A DNA stretch of 61,897 nt, taken from assembly GCA_008373165.1 (NCBI GenBank), contig RQOU01000073.1, positions 1 through 61,897 of the forward strand. The letters are read 5' to 3'. The notes under the pieces were generated by a model, which was not told where the DNA came from, made no database searches, and saw only the letters and a list, made by a program, of their open reading frames with translations. The position numbers and the translations under genes are program-made. This DNA is from SAR202 cluster bacterium. Its GTDB lineage: Bacteria; Chloroflexota; Dehalococcoidia; Lucifugimonadales; Lucifugimonadaceae. Shown piece by piece: positions 43,097-53,219 of the stretch. Each line of letters starts with the position of its first letter. The stretch's first letter is position 1.

Positions 43097-44170
43097 TTAA
43101 CCGGTCGTTATGGACTGGGCAGAGTCTGTTTGCATCATATGGTGATCGTGTCTAGAAACTGGACGCAATATTAATGCTACAAGTAGAACCATGTCGATCC
43201 ACACTACGGTAGCCAGACTGAGGTGCCCAGCGCGAGCCCAAACAGAAAATGCGGTCCATGGGTTAGCTGCCCCCATCAGCATTTGGGCGAAAATAAGAAT
43301 AGCCGATCCTAAAGCTGCTGCACGCAGAGTTTTACTGGTATTCGGCAGGCGCCACACACGGTGCCCTGCCAAAAGTACCGCTATTACAGATGCTAATGAC
43401 ACCAATCTGTGCGACATGTGGATCCATGCAAGGCCGGATTTGGGGATGAGGTCAGGTCCACACAGTGGCCAAGAGGTACACACAGCTCCTGCATCTTTCC
43501 AGACAGCGTAAGAACCAGAAAGTAAAGCGACCAGAGACAAAATCGCTGCAGCCGCGGCGAGATTTAGTGCGCTCCGGTGTTCGTTACTGACTCTTCCCCA
43601 TATCCAACGTGAACTATCGCCAATAGATCCATTTCTTGAATGCGAAGCAGCCACCAAAGCTAATACACCCAAGCAGACCACGATTTCAGCTAGAAATAGA
43701 TGTGTAGTTCGAAGTGCCGGGTCCAGGTCGTTCAGTACCACCAAACCACCTAGCATTCCAACTATGGCGATCAAACCAAGTTCCGCACTTGCGAGCCATG
43801 CTACGACTGATTCTGATCGGTGTCGGAGCCAAAGCCTTACAACTGCAGCTACGATTGTGAGGCCTAGTAATGTTCCAATTGAGCGGTGACTGTATTCCAA
43901 CAATACATGATGTGGCCGTGGTATGGAGGTAGGTGACCCAGTCCATAATTTATCGATCGTTTGTTGATCTAATGGTGGTATCCATTGCCCATAGCAAGTG
44001 GGCCAATCTGGGCAGCCATCTCCTGAGCCAGTGACTCGAACTACTCCGCCAACTGTTATTTGAAGTATTGCACCCAAGACAGCTAATGAAAGCAGTAACA
44101 GTAGCAGTTTGTCTTTTACGATAGGAAACTTATCTGAAGTCGTATGTGACGAGTGCCGGTATGATTCCAT
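43097..44170 (-). CDS. ctaA: Heme A synthase (CtaA/COX15)
   Basis: GGVVRVTGSGDGCPDWPTC, EYSHR, second C..WPLC and HMSHR. Start taken at ATG 44170; the frame is open to 44260. Confidence 0.9.
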   Translation of the reverse strand: MESYRHSSHTTSDKFPIVKDKLLLLLLSLAVLGAILQITVGGVVRVTGSGDGCPDWPTCYGQWIPPLDQQTIDKLWTGSPTSIPRPHHVLLEYSHRSIGTLLGLTIVAAVVRLWLRHRSESVVAWLASAELGLIAIVGMLGGLVVLNDLDPALRTTHLFLAEIVVCLGVLALVAASHSRNGSIGDSSRWIWGRVSNEHRSALNLAAAAAILSLVALLSGSYAVWKDAGAVCTSWPLCGPDLIPKSGLAWIHMSHRLVSLASVIAVLLAGHRVWRLPNTSKTLRAAALGSAILIFAQMLMGAANPWTAFSVWARAGHLSLATVVWIDMVLLVALILRPVSRHDHHMMQTDSAQSITTG

Positions 44171-44343
44171 TGTTATTTGACTTCCAATATTCAGATATTG
44201 ACTTAGTTCAAACTGATATTTTTGGCAGGCGGGATTTTGCGTTAAAAACCCCTTTATCATGATCGCGCATAAGTGATAAAAATGGTGAGAAATTTGCTGT
44301 CATTAATGACAAGGCGACGAGACTTTTCTCACGTGGTTACTGT

Positions 44344-45225
44344 TTACAGATATCTATAGGCAATCAAGGTGGCATTAACAATTATTCGTTGGTCATATAT
44401 CCGGGGAGGCCAACATGTTACTAGTGTAATTTGAGCGTCATTTGAGGTGGTCAGTTGGAGGTCTTCTTCATGCATCTGGCTGGTAGTTGTGACCCTATAA
44501 ATGAACTCTGCATCGTTGGTCTGAAGATAAATGTCTACAGGGTCTTCTTTGATAAGGTCAGTAACTTCAGGTAGATGCCTGAATATGTTCCCTTCGCCTG
44601 CTGTGAAGCTCTCAAGATGTCCAAAGAACCAACCTTTCCCTTGTTGGCCAGGGTTTGGTGTTTCGGGGATATGTCCTACCGTGTTGTCTGGTGTTTCGTA
44701 AGATCGTTCATTTGCTACATCAATAATTCCTAGGTCGACCACTGTTGCGTCAACGTTAATAGAAGGAATTCTGATTCCAGTTGCTTTTGAATTGGGGTTA
44801 AAATTATGGAAAATATCGGTGGATAAAATTGGAACGAACTCGCCTGGAATGGTCGGGCCCCCATATGGATCTGAACCTGCCCACTCTGGTTGAGACCAGT
44901 ACTTAGGATTTAACAGTGCACCAGGGTAAAGATCGGCGAATTGATCTTTATTAGCTCTTGGTTGAGCAAACGGGACGGGAGCTTTGCTTTTTACAGGGAC
45001 CTCTGAGACAGCAGAAACCGATCGGCCTAAGTGGTTACCAAGAGATTTTTCCGGGATGCTGTAAGTGAATTTATCAGCGTCTGATCCTGAGCGTTCTCTG
45101 GAGTAGAAATACCAGCTAGCTACAACTATGAGGATTAGACCCAATAGCGTAATTGCATATGAAGAAATTGCTAACGCTGAAAACCTTGATGGTTTACCAG
45201 TCGCAGGAATTGGTGTTTTAGCCAT
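44344..45225 (-). CDS. Sortase family transpeptidase
   Basis: N-terminal TM, IRIPSI, GH, TLVTC catalytic motif and downstream Arg (QRIIV). Confidence 0.85.
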   Translation of the reverse strand: MAKTPIPATGKPSRFSALAISSYAITLLGLILIVVASWYFYSRERSGSDADKFTYSIPEKSLGNHLGRSVSAVSEVPVKSKAPVPFAQPRANKDQFADLYPGALLNPKYWSQPEWAGSDPYGGPTIPGEFVPILSTDIFHNFNPNSKATGIRIPSINVDATVVDLGIIDVANERSYETPDNTVGHIPETPNPGQQGKGWFFGHLESFTAGEGNIFRHLPEVTDLIKEDPVDIYLQTNDAEFIYRVTTTSQMHEEDLQLTTSNDAQITLVTCWPPRIYDQRIIVNATLIAYRYL

Positions 45226-45276
45226 TTCTGTTCTTCCATGTAATTCAATGTTCAATTTGAATTACACGAAAGAATA

Positions 45277-45507
45277 CTAGCGGACTCTAGCGCCTTTGTG
45301 GATGTCCTCGCCTAAATGGATTTCTCCGTTTCGGATTTTTAAATTGAAATCGCACTCTGGATTGGTGCATACCCAAGCCTTATAGTGCACAGGGGCTCCC
45401 TGAGCGCCGAAATCAGACAAAGGCACCAAAACCCCTCCTACGTTACACGCCATACATTCCGGCCAATTGTTTGAATCCAAATTCTTACCGCTCCTCTTGT
45501 TACCCAC
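45277..45507 (-). CDS. Small Cys4 zinc-ribbon hypothetical protein
   Basis: CMAC...CTNPEC in 76 aa; GTG start. Confidence 0.72.
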   Translation of the reverse strand: MGNKRSGKNLDSNNWPECMACNVGGVLVPLSDFGAQGAPVHYKAWVCTNPECDFNLKIRNGEIHLGEDIHKGARVR

Positions 45508-45664
45508 TTCGAAAAAGGAAGTATTTCAATTTTTCTTTTGGCATTTTTAGGCGTTCTAGGTGAATACCAATAATGCCAGACACGTTTATCCTTGACCATT
45601 CAGCATACTACTATCCGACGGTCGGGAAAAACACTGACTTTAGCGTTACATTGAACATATTGGC

Positions 45665-46717
45665 ATGATTATTCTAGGAATTGAAACAAGTTGTGATGAG
45701 ACATCCGTTGGGCTGGTTGACGGGGATGGCTTTGCGTTAGCTAACGTGGTAGCTACACAGGTTGATGTTCACGCCCGGTACGGCGGGATTGTCCCGGAAG
45801 TAGCGTCGCGCCAGCATGTTTTAGATATTCGCCCTGTTTGTGAACAAGCTATTTTGGAGTCAGGGATTGATTGGAGCGATATTGATGCAGTAGGAGTTAC
45901 ATATGGTCCGGGACTTGCTGGCTCTTTAATCACCGGATTGAATTTCTCAAAAGCCCTTTCATCTGCGATTGGGGTGCCATTGATTGGAGTCAATCATTTA
46001 GAAGGACATGTTTACGGGGCTTGGATCAGGACTCAAAAAAACGATCTCCAAACTTTCCAGCAATATGTCGGTGAAAAGTTAATTATGTGTCTTATTGTGT
46101 CGGGGGGACATACTGAACTCGTCCTACTAGAAGACCATGGTAGGTTTAGGTTATTAGGTGAAACTCGAGACGATGCCGCAGGTGAAGCTTTTGATAAGGC
46201 AGCGCGTGTACTAGGCCTTCGTTATCCCGGCGGTCCTGAAATACAGCGGGTAGCTCAAAATGCTCCGACGATTGAGTCGTTACCAAGAGCGTGGATGAAA
46301 GGGACAGATGATTTTTCATTTAGTGGGCTTAAAACAGCCACGCTCAATCGTGCCCGTTCACTAGGAATATACCCACAAGGTAATTCTCTTAAGGAAGTTG
46401 ACGATACGATCATTGCTGGTCTCGCAAAAGCATTTCAAGATTCAGCTGTGGATGTTTTGGTGACCAAAACGGTGGAGGCGGCTGTGCGGGAGGATTGTGC
46501 GGGCATTGTGTTAGTGGGTGGAGTGGCGGCGAATAAAGCTTTGCGTGAAACCCTCGTGAAGAAATCGCCGCTTCCTGTCGGTATACCGCCTTTTGAGTTT
46601 TGTACTGATAACGGAGCAATGATTGCTATGGCCGGCCTTATCAACTATCGCTTAGGTAGGCGTGATCAATGGGATTTGGATGTGACACCCAACCTGAGGA
46701 TTGGTAGCGTCATTTAG
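45665..46717 (+). CDS. tsaD: tRNA N6-adenosine threonylcarbamoyltransferase
   Basis: GIETSCDET, HLEGH, VSGGHT, DDAAGEAFDK, FSFSGLKT, CTDNGAMI. Confidence 0.98.
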   Translation: MIILGIETSCDETSVGLVDGDGFALANVVATQVDVHARYGGIVPEVASRQHVLDIRPVCEQAILESGIDWSDIDAVGVTYGPGLAGSLITGLNFSKALSSAIGVPLIGVNHLEGHVYGAWIRTQKNDLQTFQQYVGEKLIMCLIVSGGHTELVLLEDHGRFRLLGETRDDAAGEAFDKAARVLGLRYPGGPEIQRVAQNAPTIESLPRAWMKGTDDFSFSGLKTATLNRARSLGIYPQGNSLKEVDDTIIAGLAKAFQDSAVDVLVTKTVEAAVREDCAGIVLVGGVAANKALRETLVKKSPLPVGIPPFEFCTDNGAMIAMAGLINYRLGRRDQWDLDVTPNLRIGSVI

Positions 46718-47292
46718 ATCTGATTGGATGGGTAGTTGCGAAAAGGGGACCCGATTCGTCTTGGTACGAGGCGTCGTCTTGTATCCTCTACTTCCTCAAG
46801 AAACTTCACAGCTTCCGACAATTTATTGCCAACCTCGCCGCTGACTTTTCCTGCCGTGGTTTGGAATTCAATATGAACTCCGTCTGGACGTAACCAATAA
46901 TCGGCTATCAAAATCAGTGAAATTAATGCCACAGTCAGGGAAGCTATGATCCCAGGGATGGAATTTGGTGTAACTTGCCAGACGCCGATAGCACTGAATA
47001 ATCCAATGATGCCCCATACAGCGCTTCTACGGGCTCGCGGGCGCTTGAAGATCTGGATTGACGAAATATCTTGGATCTGGATCGATGAATACACAACCGT
47101 TGATCGTGAATCCCGGGTATATATGATCCTGTTGTGAGTAAGCTGAAATCCTCCGTCATCACCTGAATTAAGTTTAGATATGACTCGCTCACCTGGTAAT
47201 AGCTGATGGTTTATCAGTGAAGAATCGTTGGATGTTTGGTTAATGCCGGTGCCAAATTTTTCATCGCTTTCTTGGATTTTATCGTTGTCCAT
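46714..47292 (-). CDS. Hypothetical membrane protein (central 2-TM hairpin)
   Basis: 192-aa ORF with two hydrophobic helices flanked by beta-rich segments. Convergent 4-nt overlap with tsaD. Confidence 0.65.
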   Translation of the reverse strand: MDNDKIQESDEKFGTGINQTSNDSSLINHQLLPGERVISKLNSGDDGGFQLTHNRIIYTRDSRSTVVYSSIQIQDISSIQIFKRPRARRSAVWGIIGLFSAIGVWQVTPNSIPGIIASLTVALISLILIADYWLRPDGVHIEFQTTAGKVSGEVGNKLSEAVKFLEEVEDTRRRLVPRRIGSPFRNYPSNQI

Positions 47293-47535
47293 ACATGTAA
47301 TGCTATCTCAGGTTAGAGATATCGGGTTTTAACCTCCGCATGACTTTTTATTGCAAGTGATTTGTAATGTTTAGGCAATAGCGTAGGTTTTGGATGTATT
47401 TTGAGTTATGACTCATCAAGTTCCTGTACCCATTTAGTCACATGATTAGACGAATTGAATCCCTTTTTTGTAACTTGATTAAGTTGAATTAGCTTTGGAT
47501 ATTAGGAATGTTTGATCAGGACTAATCACTATCCG

Positions 47536-48285
47536 CTAATCTAATTTGTCATTCTTATGTGCGGCCACGAAGGCGCGCGCTTCTCCTAACATTAACTCTG
47601 CGATACCAATCCCCGTTGTTAGATCACCCCCGGCAGTTTTACCTGCGGCTCTTGCTCGTGTCTCCACATCAAGTGTGGCGGCAACACGATCAGGATGATT
47701 GGGTTCACCAGGGTGACCGAGTGATTGGGCGAAATCGTGTGGACCACCTGTCACACCAGTAAGGCCAGGGACGGCAAGGATATCGTTGAGGTTATCCCAC
47801 GCCTTTTTGTCTTCTATTTGTGCAACTACAAGCATATTTTCATTTGACCATTTGGCGAATCCCAGCTTGCCTCCGTACTTCTCATCTAGAACGGTCTGAT
47901 CATTGAATTCTGTACCTCTGCCCCCGCCCCACGATCGTTTGCCTTCCACTGGGAAGAGACATGCATCGGCCAGCGCCTGAGCCTCTTCACCCGAGTTAAT
48001 GTGAGGGCCGGTAACTCCCTGAATTCCGCGGTCGAGATACAGATTGATCTGGTAAGCAGCATTGTCTGGAACTCGTGCAATAACTGACATACCGTAGCCG
48101 TTTGCTGTACGGCATATATCGTCGATCGCCTCTTCCGGGAAGCCACCATGTTCGCCATCTATCGATATAGCGTCGAAGCCGACATGCGCTGCCATTTCGA
48201 TCATGTACAAAGCCGGATGTGCAAGTGCGAAAACTGTAGCTTTTCGGCCTTCTTTATTAGCTTCAATAATAGTGTTGTTGATCAT
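47536..48285 (-). CDS. HpcH/HpaI class II pyruvate aldolase family protein
   Basis: DGEHG, ARVP, QIED, GPHDF motifs. Confidence 0.88.
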   Translation of the reverse strand: MINNTIIEANKEGRKATVFALAHPALYMIEMAAHVGFDAISIDGEHGGFPEEAIDDICRTANGYGMSVIARVPDNAAYQINLYLDRGIQGVTGPHINSGEEAQALADACLFPVEGKRSWGGGRGTEFNDQTVLDEKYGGKLGFAKWSNENMLVVAQIEDKKAWDNLNDILAVPGLTGVTGGPHDFAQSLGHPGEPNHPDRVAATLDVETRARAAGKTAGGDLTTGIGIAELMLGEARAFVAAHKNDKLD

Positions 48286-48440
48286 GACGAAGGTCTCCTG
48301 TTGATGGAATTATTTTTTTCGGAATTCGAGTTACTTGGTTGTTTCTCAAATATGTCGTTGTGAAATTTCTAATTTTCTGTTGGCTAATGATGTGTACGCT
48401 CCAGCCGGTTTATACCGTCGAAGAACAAGCTGTGAAGTCA

Positions 48441-49598
48441 TCAGATTCCTCTTATTCTGCCTCCAGCCGAGGTTACTTTTGTTAGAGGCGGATGCGCTGC
48501 GATTTCTTTTTCATTGAGTTCAAGTCCTAAGCCGGGGGCATCAGTGAGTTCAACGTAACCGTTTTGTTGGCGGATAAACCCGTTTAGAACGGTGAAATAG
48601 TGTTCAGTGTAAAACTCAGCATGATACTCCTGAATTTCGAAATTGATGATCGATGCATCAAGGTGCATTTCTGCCATTGCTCCGACAGGTGAGCACACGT
48701 TGTGCGGAGCCATTGTTATATGTTTTGCTTCTGCGATGATAGCGATTTTCTTTAACTCAGTAATGCCACCGGCATTTGCTATGTCTGGCTGAAGCACGTC
48801 GACGGCATGCCTGTCGACTAATTCTGCGAATGGAAATTTAGTGTAGAGACGTTCGCCGGTTGCTATCGGGATGTTGACCTTATTTCGAACTTCCAGTAGT
48901 TCGGAGACCCGTTCTTGAGATACTGGCTCTTCGTAAAAAAGTGGTCGGTATTCTTCCAGGCGTTTTCCTATTTGAATTGCATTCATTACGTTGAACTTGG
49001 CGTGTGCTTCAACCAGGATGTCAACAAATGGTCCGACAGATTCTCTAACAGCGGCGACGCGTTCTTCGGCTAACTGAGATTCTTGGAGTGATAATTTATA
49101 AAAGTTGTCTTGGCCGAACGGATCGAACTTAAGGGCAGTGTAGCCCTTGTCGATGACGATCTTTGCTTCTTCTGCGTTTTGTTCTGGTGTGCCGGGGTTG
49201 GTATACCAACCATTTGCGTAAACTCGAATTTTTTTTCTGTGGGCACCCCCTAGTAACTTCCATACTGGTTGGTCTAGAAGCTTACCTTTAAGATCCCACA
49301 ACGCGATGTCAATCCCTGACAGGGCCGTTGATGCTATCCGTCCGCCTCGTGCCTGGAAATCTTGATAGAGATTTGTCCAATGGACTTCAGATTCCAGAGG
49401 ATCTTTACCGGATAGATGCTTTTGTACCATCGCTTCGATCATGGCCATTACGAGATCATCGTCTTCCATGGGTGATGCATCGCCGATACCAGAAATATTC
49501 GGATTGTCAGTGTTTAATATGACCAAAAGCCAGTTACGCTGAGCATTGTGGTGATTCGCTGAGAAGCGTCTGAATTCAACGTTTGTTATCGCTGGCAT
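48441..49598 (-). CDS. Mandelate racemase/enolase superfamily acid-sugar dehydratase (galactonate/gluconate dehydratase-like)
   Basis: DIALWDLKGK, YANGW, KFDPF, VEAH, EEP, TGER, PHN. Confidence 0.88.
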   Translation of the reverse strand: MPAITNVEFRRFSANHHNAQRNWLLVILNTDNPNISGIGDASPMEDDDLVMAMIEAMVQKHLSGKDPLESEVHWTNLYQDFQARGGRIASTALSGIDIALWDLKGKLLDQPVWKLLGGAHRKKIRVYANGWYTNPGTPEQNAEEAKIVIDKGYTALKFDPFGQDNFYKLSLQESQLAEERVAAVRESVGPFVDILVEAHAKFNVMNAIQIGKRLEEYRPLFYEEPVSQERVSELLEVRNKVNIPIATGERLYTKFPFAELVDRHAVDVLQPDIANAGGITELKKIAIIAEAKHITMAPHNVCSPVGAMAEMHLDASIINFEIQEYHAEFYTEHYFTVLNGFIRQQNGYVELTDAPGLGLELNEKEIAAHPPLTKVTSAGGRIRGI

Positions 49599-49778
49599 AT
49601 CTAATTGGATCTTTTCTAGCTTTTTCTAAATAGTGTATTGGGCGGGGAGTATACGCTGGTTTTGTCGGCATGTTGGTAACTGAAACATCCTATTTGATCG
49701 ATACACGGGAAACAGGTGCAGATATGATGTTGGCGGTTTGGTTTTCGGTCGTATTAAACACTGACGAGGTGATTATTT

Positions 49779-50825
49779 TTGACTAACACGCTACGCCTGT
49801 GGGCACTTTCTGATACTCATGTTGGGACCGATATAAAATTCGGCAGACGTTCGCTTGAAGAGGTGATCCAGCATGCCGAAGCATGGCCAAATCGACCGGA
49901 GCAATCAGGTGGTTTCGATATTGCTTTGAACCTCGGTGATTTTTCGGGGTCTCAGTTACCTCCCGATGATGAAGAAGGTGAACTGGTTGTTTCTCAATAT
50001 GCGTCTGCTAAGTATCACGGCAGAGAGCATTTCTACGATGTGATTGGCAACCATGATGCTTCTGGTGCCGAAGAGTCAACGCAGTGGTGGTTTAAGAAAT
50101 GGATAGACCCTGTGGGCAGTAACACGGAATTTTCGCAAGTCGATAATTCCAAGAGACCATACCCGACAACAGGGACGTGGGAAAATTATTCATTTGAAGT
50201 TGGCAACATAGTTTTTTTGATGCTTGCTGACCGAAATGATGGTGGCCCACCTATTGGGAGGGGCGAGTTTGGTGGATATCCTGCAGGTGCTATTTCAGAG
50301 GAGACTTTTCAGTGGTGGGTTCAGAAGGTATCGGAGAACAAAGATAAGATTGTTGTCACTGCTCACCACCACATGGTCAAGGGAACCACAGTTGCATCGG
50401 GATTAAATGAAGGCTGTGATCAGGGTTATCACGGCCGTATGCCAGATGGAGGAGCTCCAGGTTCATCGTTCATATATTGGGTTGGTGGTCAAAAGGATTC
50501 TGGCCGGTTAGAGGATCACTTGGCCAAAAATGAACCGGCAATAGATTTGTGGCTTGGCGCACATACTCACACTCATCCAGATGACACAACAGGTGGCCGG
50601 ACTCATATAGAGCGTAAATGGGGTGCGAATTTTGTGAATGTATCAGCGATAACTAAGTATCACGGCAAACGGAATTCAATCCCGATGAGCCGTTTTTTTA
50701 CTTTCACTGAAGGTAGTGACGAAGTTCGGGTGCAGTGTTATCTGCATACTGATCAATTTGCAGAACAGGGGTGGTATGAACCATCAGAGCGTACACTCAA
50801 GCTTCGCCATCAATTTGAGATGTGA
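49779..50825 (+). CDS. Calcineurin-like metallophosphoesterase
   Basis: DTH, LGD, GNHD, HHM, AHTH. GAGGTG RBS before a TTG start. Confidence 0.82.
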   Translation: MTNTLRLWALSDTHVGTDIKFGRRSLEEVIQHAEAWPNRPEQSGGFDIALNLGDFSGSQLPPDDEEGELVVSQYASAKYHGREHFYDVIGNHDASGAEESTQWWFKKWIDPVGSNTEFSQVDNSKRPYPTTGTWENYSFEVGNIVFLMLADRNDGGPPIGRGEFGGYPAGAISEETFQWWVQKVSENKDKIVVTAHHHMVKGTTVASGLNEGCDQGYHGRMPDGGAPGSSFIYWVGGQKDSGRLEDHLAKNEPAIDLWLGAHTHTHPDDTTGGRTHIERKWGANFVNVSAITKYHGKRNSIPMSRFFTFTEGSDEVRVQCYLHTDQFAEQGWYEPSERTLKLRHQFEM

Positions 50826-50831
50826 AGTTGG

Positions 50832-51725
50832 TTAAATTAGCTGAGCGTGTTTCATTGCTGCTTTTATAATTTTTCTGTCTTCGTTTGAAACCGAACGGTT
50901 GGGCAATCGTGGCGCTCCGCCGTCGTATCCAAGCAAATCTAGCGCAGCCTTAATTCCTGCTGCACCATGATCCAAAATCTGATGGTCTGCTTCGACGATT
51001 CGACTGTGAATTGCTTGAGCCGCTGCCAAATCGCCTTTCATCACGTTGGAAATAATCTCGTGACACTGGGCTGGAGCAACGTTACCGAACATCAGACATG
51101 CGCCATTTGCTCCAATGGCACTCATCGCTAGTAGAAGAAGTCCGTTGCCAAGCCAGAACGGTTTTTCGGTAGTCACGAAGTTACGAACACGAGCTTCGAA
51201 TCGAACATTCCCCGAGGCGATGTATCCGAATACATTGTCCATATCAACAAGGTCACCGATGACTTCTGCTTTTTCTCCGATAGGTGCATCGCCGCCGGCG
51301 AACATGCCAGGAGCCATTTGGTGAATAATGACAACCGGTGCTGAGACACGCGGCACTACCTGCTCGAAGTATTTTGTAACGAATTTGGTTAGACGAGGGA
51401 TTCGTATACGGATCATTTCCGCTCCAGCATCAACTAATGCTTCTGCGGTACGGATCGAATCCGAGACCGATGAACTGTCGACTCCTCCTATGATGAATTT
51501 GTTACCGTTTCGGGCGTTGTTCACTGTACGGACAATCTCAAATCGCTCGACCTCAGAGAGGAATTGCTCTTCGCCGTTTTCCGAGTTCAGCACAAAGCCC
51601 GAAAGTGGTGTTTTTACCCATTTATCGACATTGCGTTCGATAGCTGCATGATCGACCGAATCATCTGCTTTGAATGGTGTAGGGCTCGGAGCAACGATTA
51701 TGGGGTTAGAAGTTGGTATAGGCAT
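50832..51725 (-). CDS. DapA/NAL-family TIM-barrel protein with atypical active site
   Basis: PTPF..D.SVD, ENGE..FLS, GANG..GNVAP, IKAALDLLG..GG.PRLP. Schiff-base Lys not evident. Confidence 0.8.
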   Translation of the reverse strand: MPIPTSNPIIVAPSPTPFKADDSVDHAAIERNVDKWVKTPLSGFVLNSENGEEQFLSEVERFEIVRTVNNARNGNKFIIGGVDSSSVSDSIRTAEALVDAGAEMIRIRIPRLTKFVTKYFEQVVPRVSAPVVIIHQMAPGMFAGGDAPIGEKAEVIGDLVDMDNVFGYIASGNVRFEARVRNFVTTEKPFWLGNGLLLLAMSAIGANGACLMFGNVAPAQCHEIISNVMKGDLAAAQAIHSRIVEADHQILDHGAAGIKAALDLLGYDGGAPRLPNRSVSNEDRKIIKAAMKHAQLI

Positions 51726-51917
51726 AAGAATTGGGTTTTTGGATAGTGGATCAAAACAAAAAATTCAGTGTCAGTATGATTTATCTAATTTTGGAGTTCA
51801 ATGAGTTTTTAGGTTCGCCGTAAAAAATACAGCGCAGCGACGGTCGCGTTTGACTTGGAATTCCAACTTTAATGGACTAAAACCATTTATAAATTCTGAC
51901 CAATTTCAACCTTTGAT

Positions 51918-53060
51918 TTATTGGTCGATTACTGAGCCGTCAGCATGGAGTCTTGTAACAACTTCACGGGGCGTTTCAGGGCACATTTCTATGGCGTTTG
52001 GTTTTAATTCGAGTCCAATTCCTGGAGCGTCAGATATTGTCAGGTAACCATTTCCATCATGCTGTGCCATTCCTGTAACCATGTTATTTTTTGGCGCGGC
52101 ATCTTCACCGATCGGGTATTCCTGAAGTGCGAAGTTGGGAGCTGTAGCAGCGATCTGTAAGCACGCTGCTGTCGAGACTGGAGAAAGAGGATTATGTGGA
52201 ACAACGCCGACATGACGGGCTTCAGCCAGGGCAGATATTTTCCTTGCTCCAGAGATTCCACCGACCAGACACACATCGGGTCGCACGTATTGTACGGCGT
52301 TACGGGACAGTGCCATCTCGAATTCCCATATCGATGAGAATCTCTCACCGGTAGCGATAGGGATGTTAATTTTATCGGCTACATATGCCATCTCGTCGAA
52401 ATTATCCGGCGTCACCGGGTCTTCAAAGAAGTAGGGATGGAATTCCTCTATACCAAGCCCTAGTTGCACTGCTTCAGTAGGGGTCATACGTCGGTGGATT
52501 TCTATACACAGATCCACACCAGTGCCGACTGCGTCCCGATAGCCCCTCACGGTCTCTATTGCGTCGCCGATCTTGTCTGCATGGGTTTTAAAGTAAGGTA
52601 CATCTCGTTTTTCATCTAAAAATGGTGTGAGGTGACCGACTGCTGTGAATCCCTGTTCTTTTGCGTTGACGATGCCTTTGGTCAGAACCTGGGTCGTGTC
52701 ACCAAATACATGGTAGTAGACACGTGCTTTGTCTCGAACTTTGCCACCCAAAAGTTGATGGACTGGGGTGTCGAAATACTTGCCCATGATGTCCCAAAGC
52801 GCAATATCGATGGCGCTCAGGGCACCCATTATTGCCGCACCTCTGAAGTGTGAGAAGCGGTACATGTATTGCCAATGATGTTCTATGCGTAGTGGATCCT
52901 CTCCGACTAGATAGCGCCCGTACTTCTCGATAGCTGACTTTGATGCTTCTAGATAGCCCCACGCTCCCGATTCACCTAATCCGCTGATGCCTGCATCGGT
53001 CTCGATCTTGACCAACAGATAACGATCCAACATCAACGGTGTAACTTTTGTAATTTTCAT
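51918..53060 (-). CDS. Mandelate racemase/enolase superfamily, galactonate dehydratase-like
   Basis: MKITKV..LLVKIETD.GI.GLGE, DIALWDI.GK, EIHRR, EDP, TGER, PHNPLSP, LQE. Confidence 0.87.
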   Translation of the reverse strand: MKITKVTPLMLDRYLLVKIETDAGISGLGESGAWGYLEASKSAIEKYGRYLVGEDPLRIEHHWQYMYRFSHFRGAAIMGALSAIDIALWDIMGKYFDTPVHQLLGGKVRDKARVYYHVFGDTTQVLTKGIVNAKEQGFTAVGHLTPFLDEKRDVPYFKTHADKIGDAIETVRGYRDAVGTGVDLCIEIHRRMTPTEAVQLGLGIEEFHPYFFEDPVTPDNFDEMAYVADKINIPIATGERFSSIWEFEMALSRNAVQYVRPDVCLVGGISGARKISALAEARHVGVVPHNPLSPVSTAACLQIAATAPNFALQEYPIGEDAAPKNNMVTGMAQHDGNGYLTISDAPGIGLELKPNAIEMCPETPREVVTRLHADGSVIDQ

Positions 53061-53219
53061 AATGTGAAACCAGCTTAATATTCATGTCTATTTTTGGGGT
53101 TGTGACTGCTAGATAGTAGCTGCTTTAAAGGAGCAGATCGATAGTAACCTCCTAAAATCGTTTTCGCTACGGAGATTAATCAGGATAAAGATGTCGCGTC
53201 GTTTGGTGGAAGATGTTTA

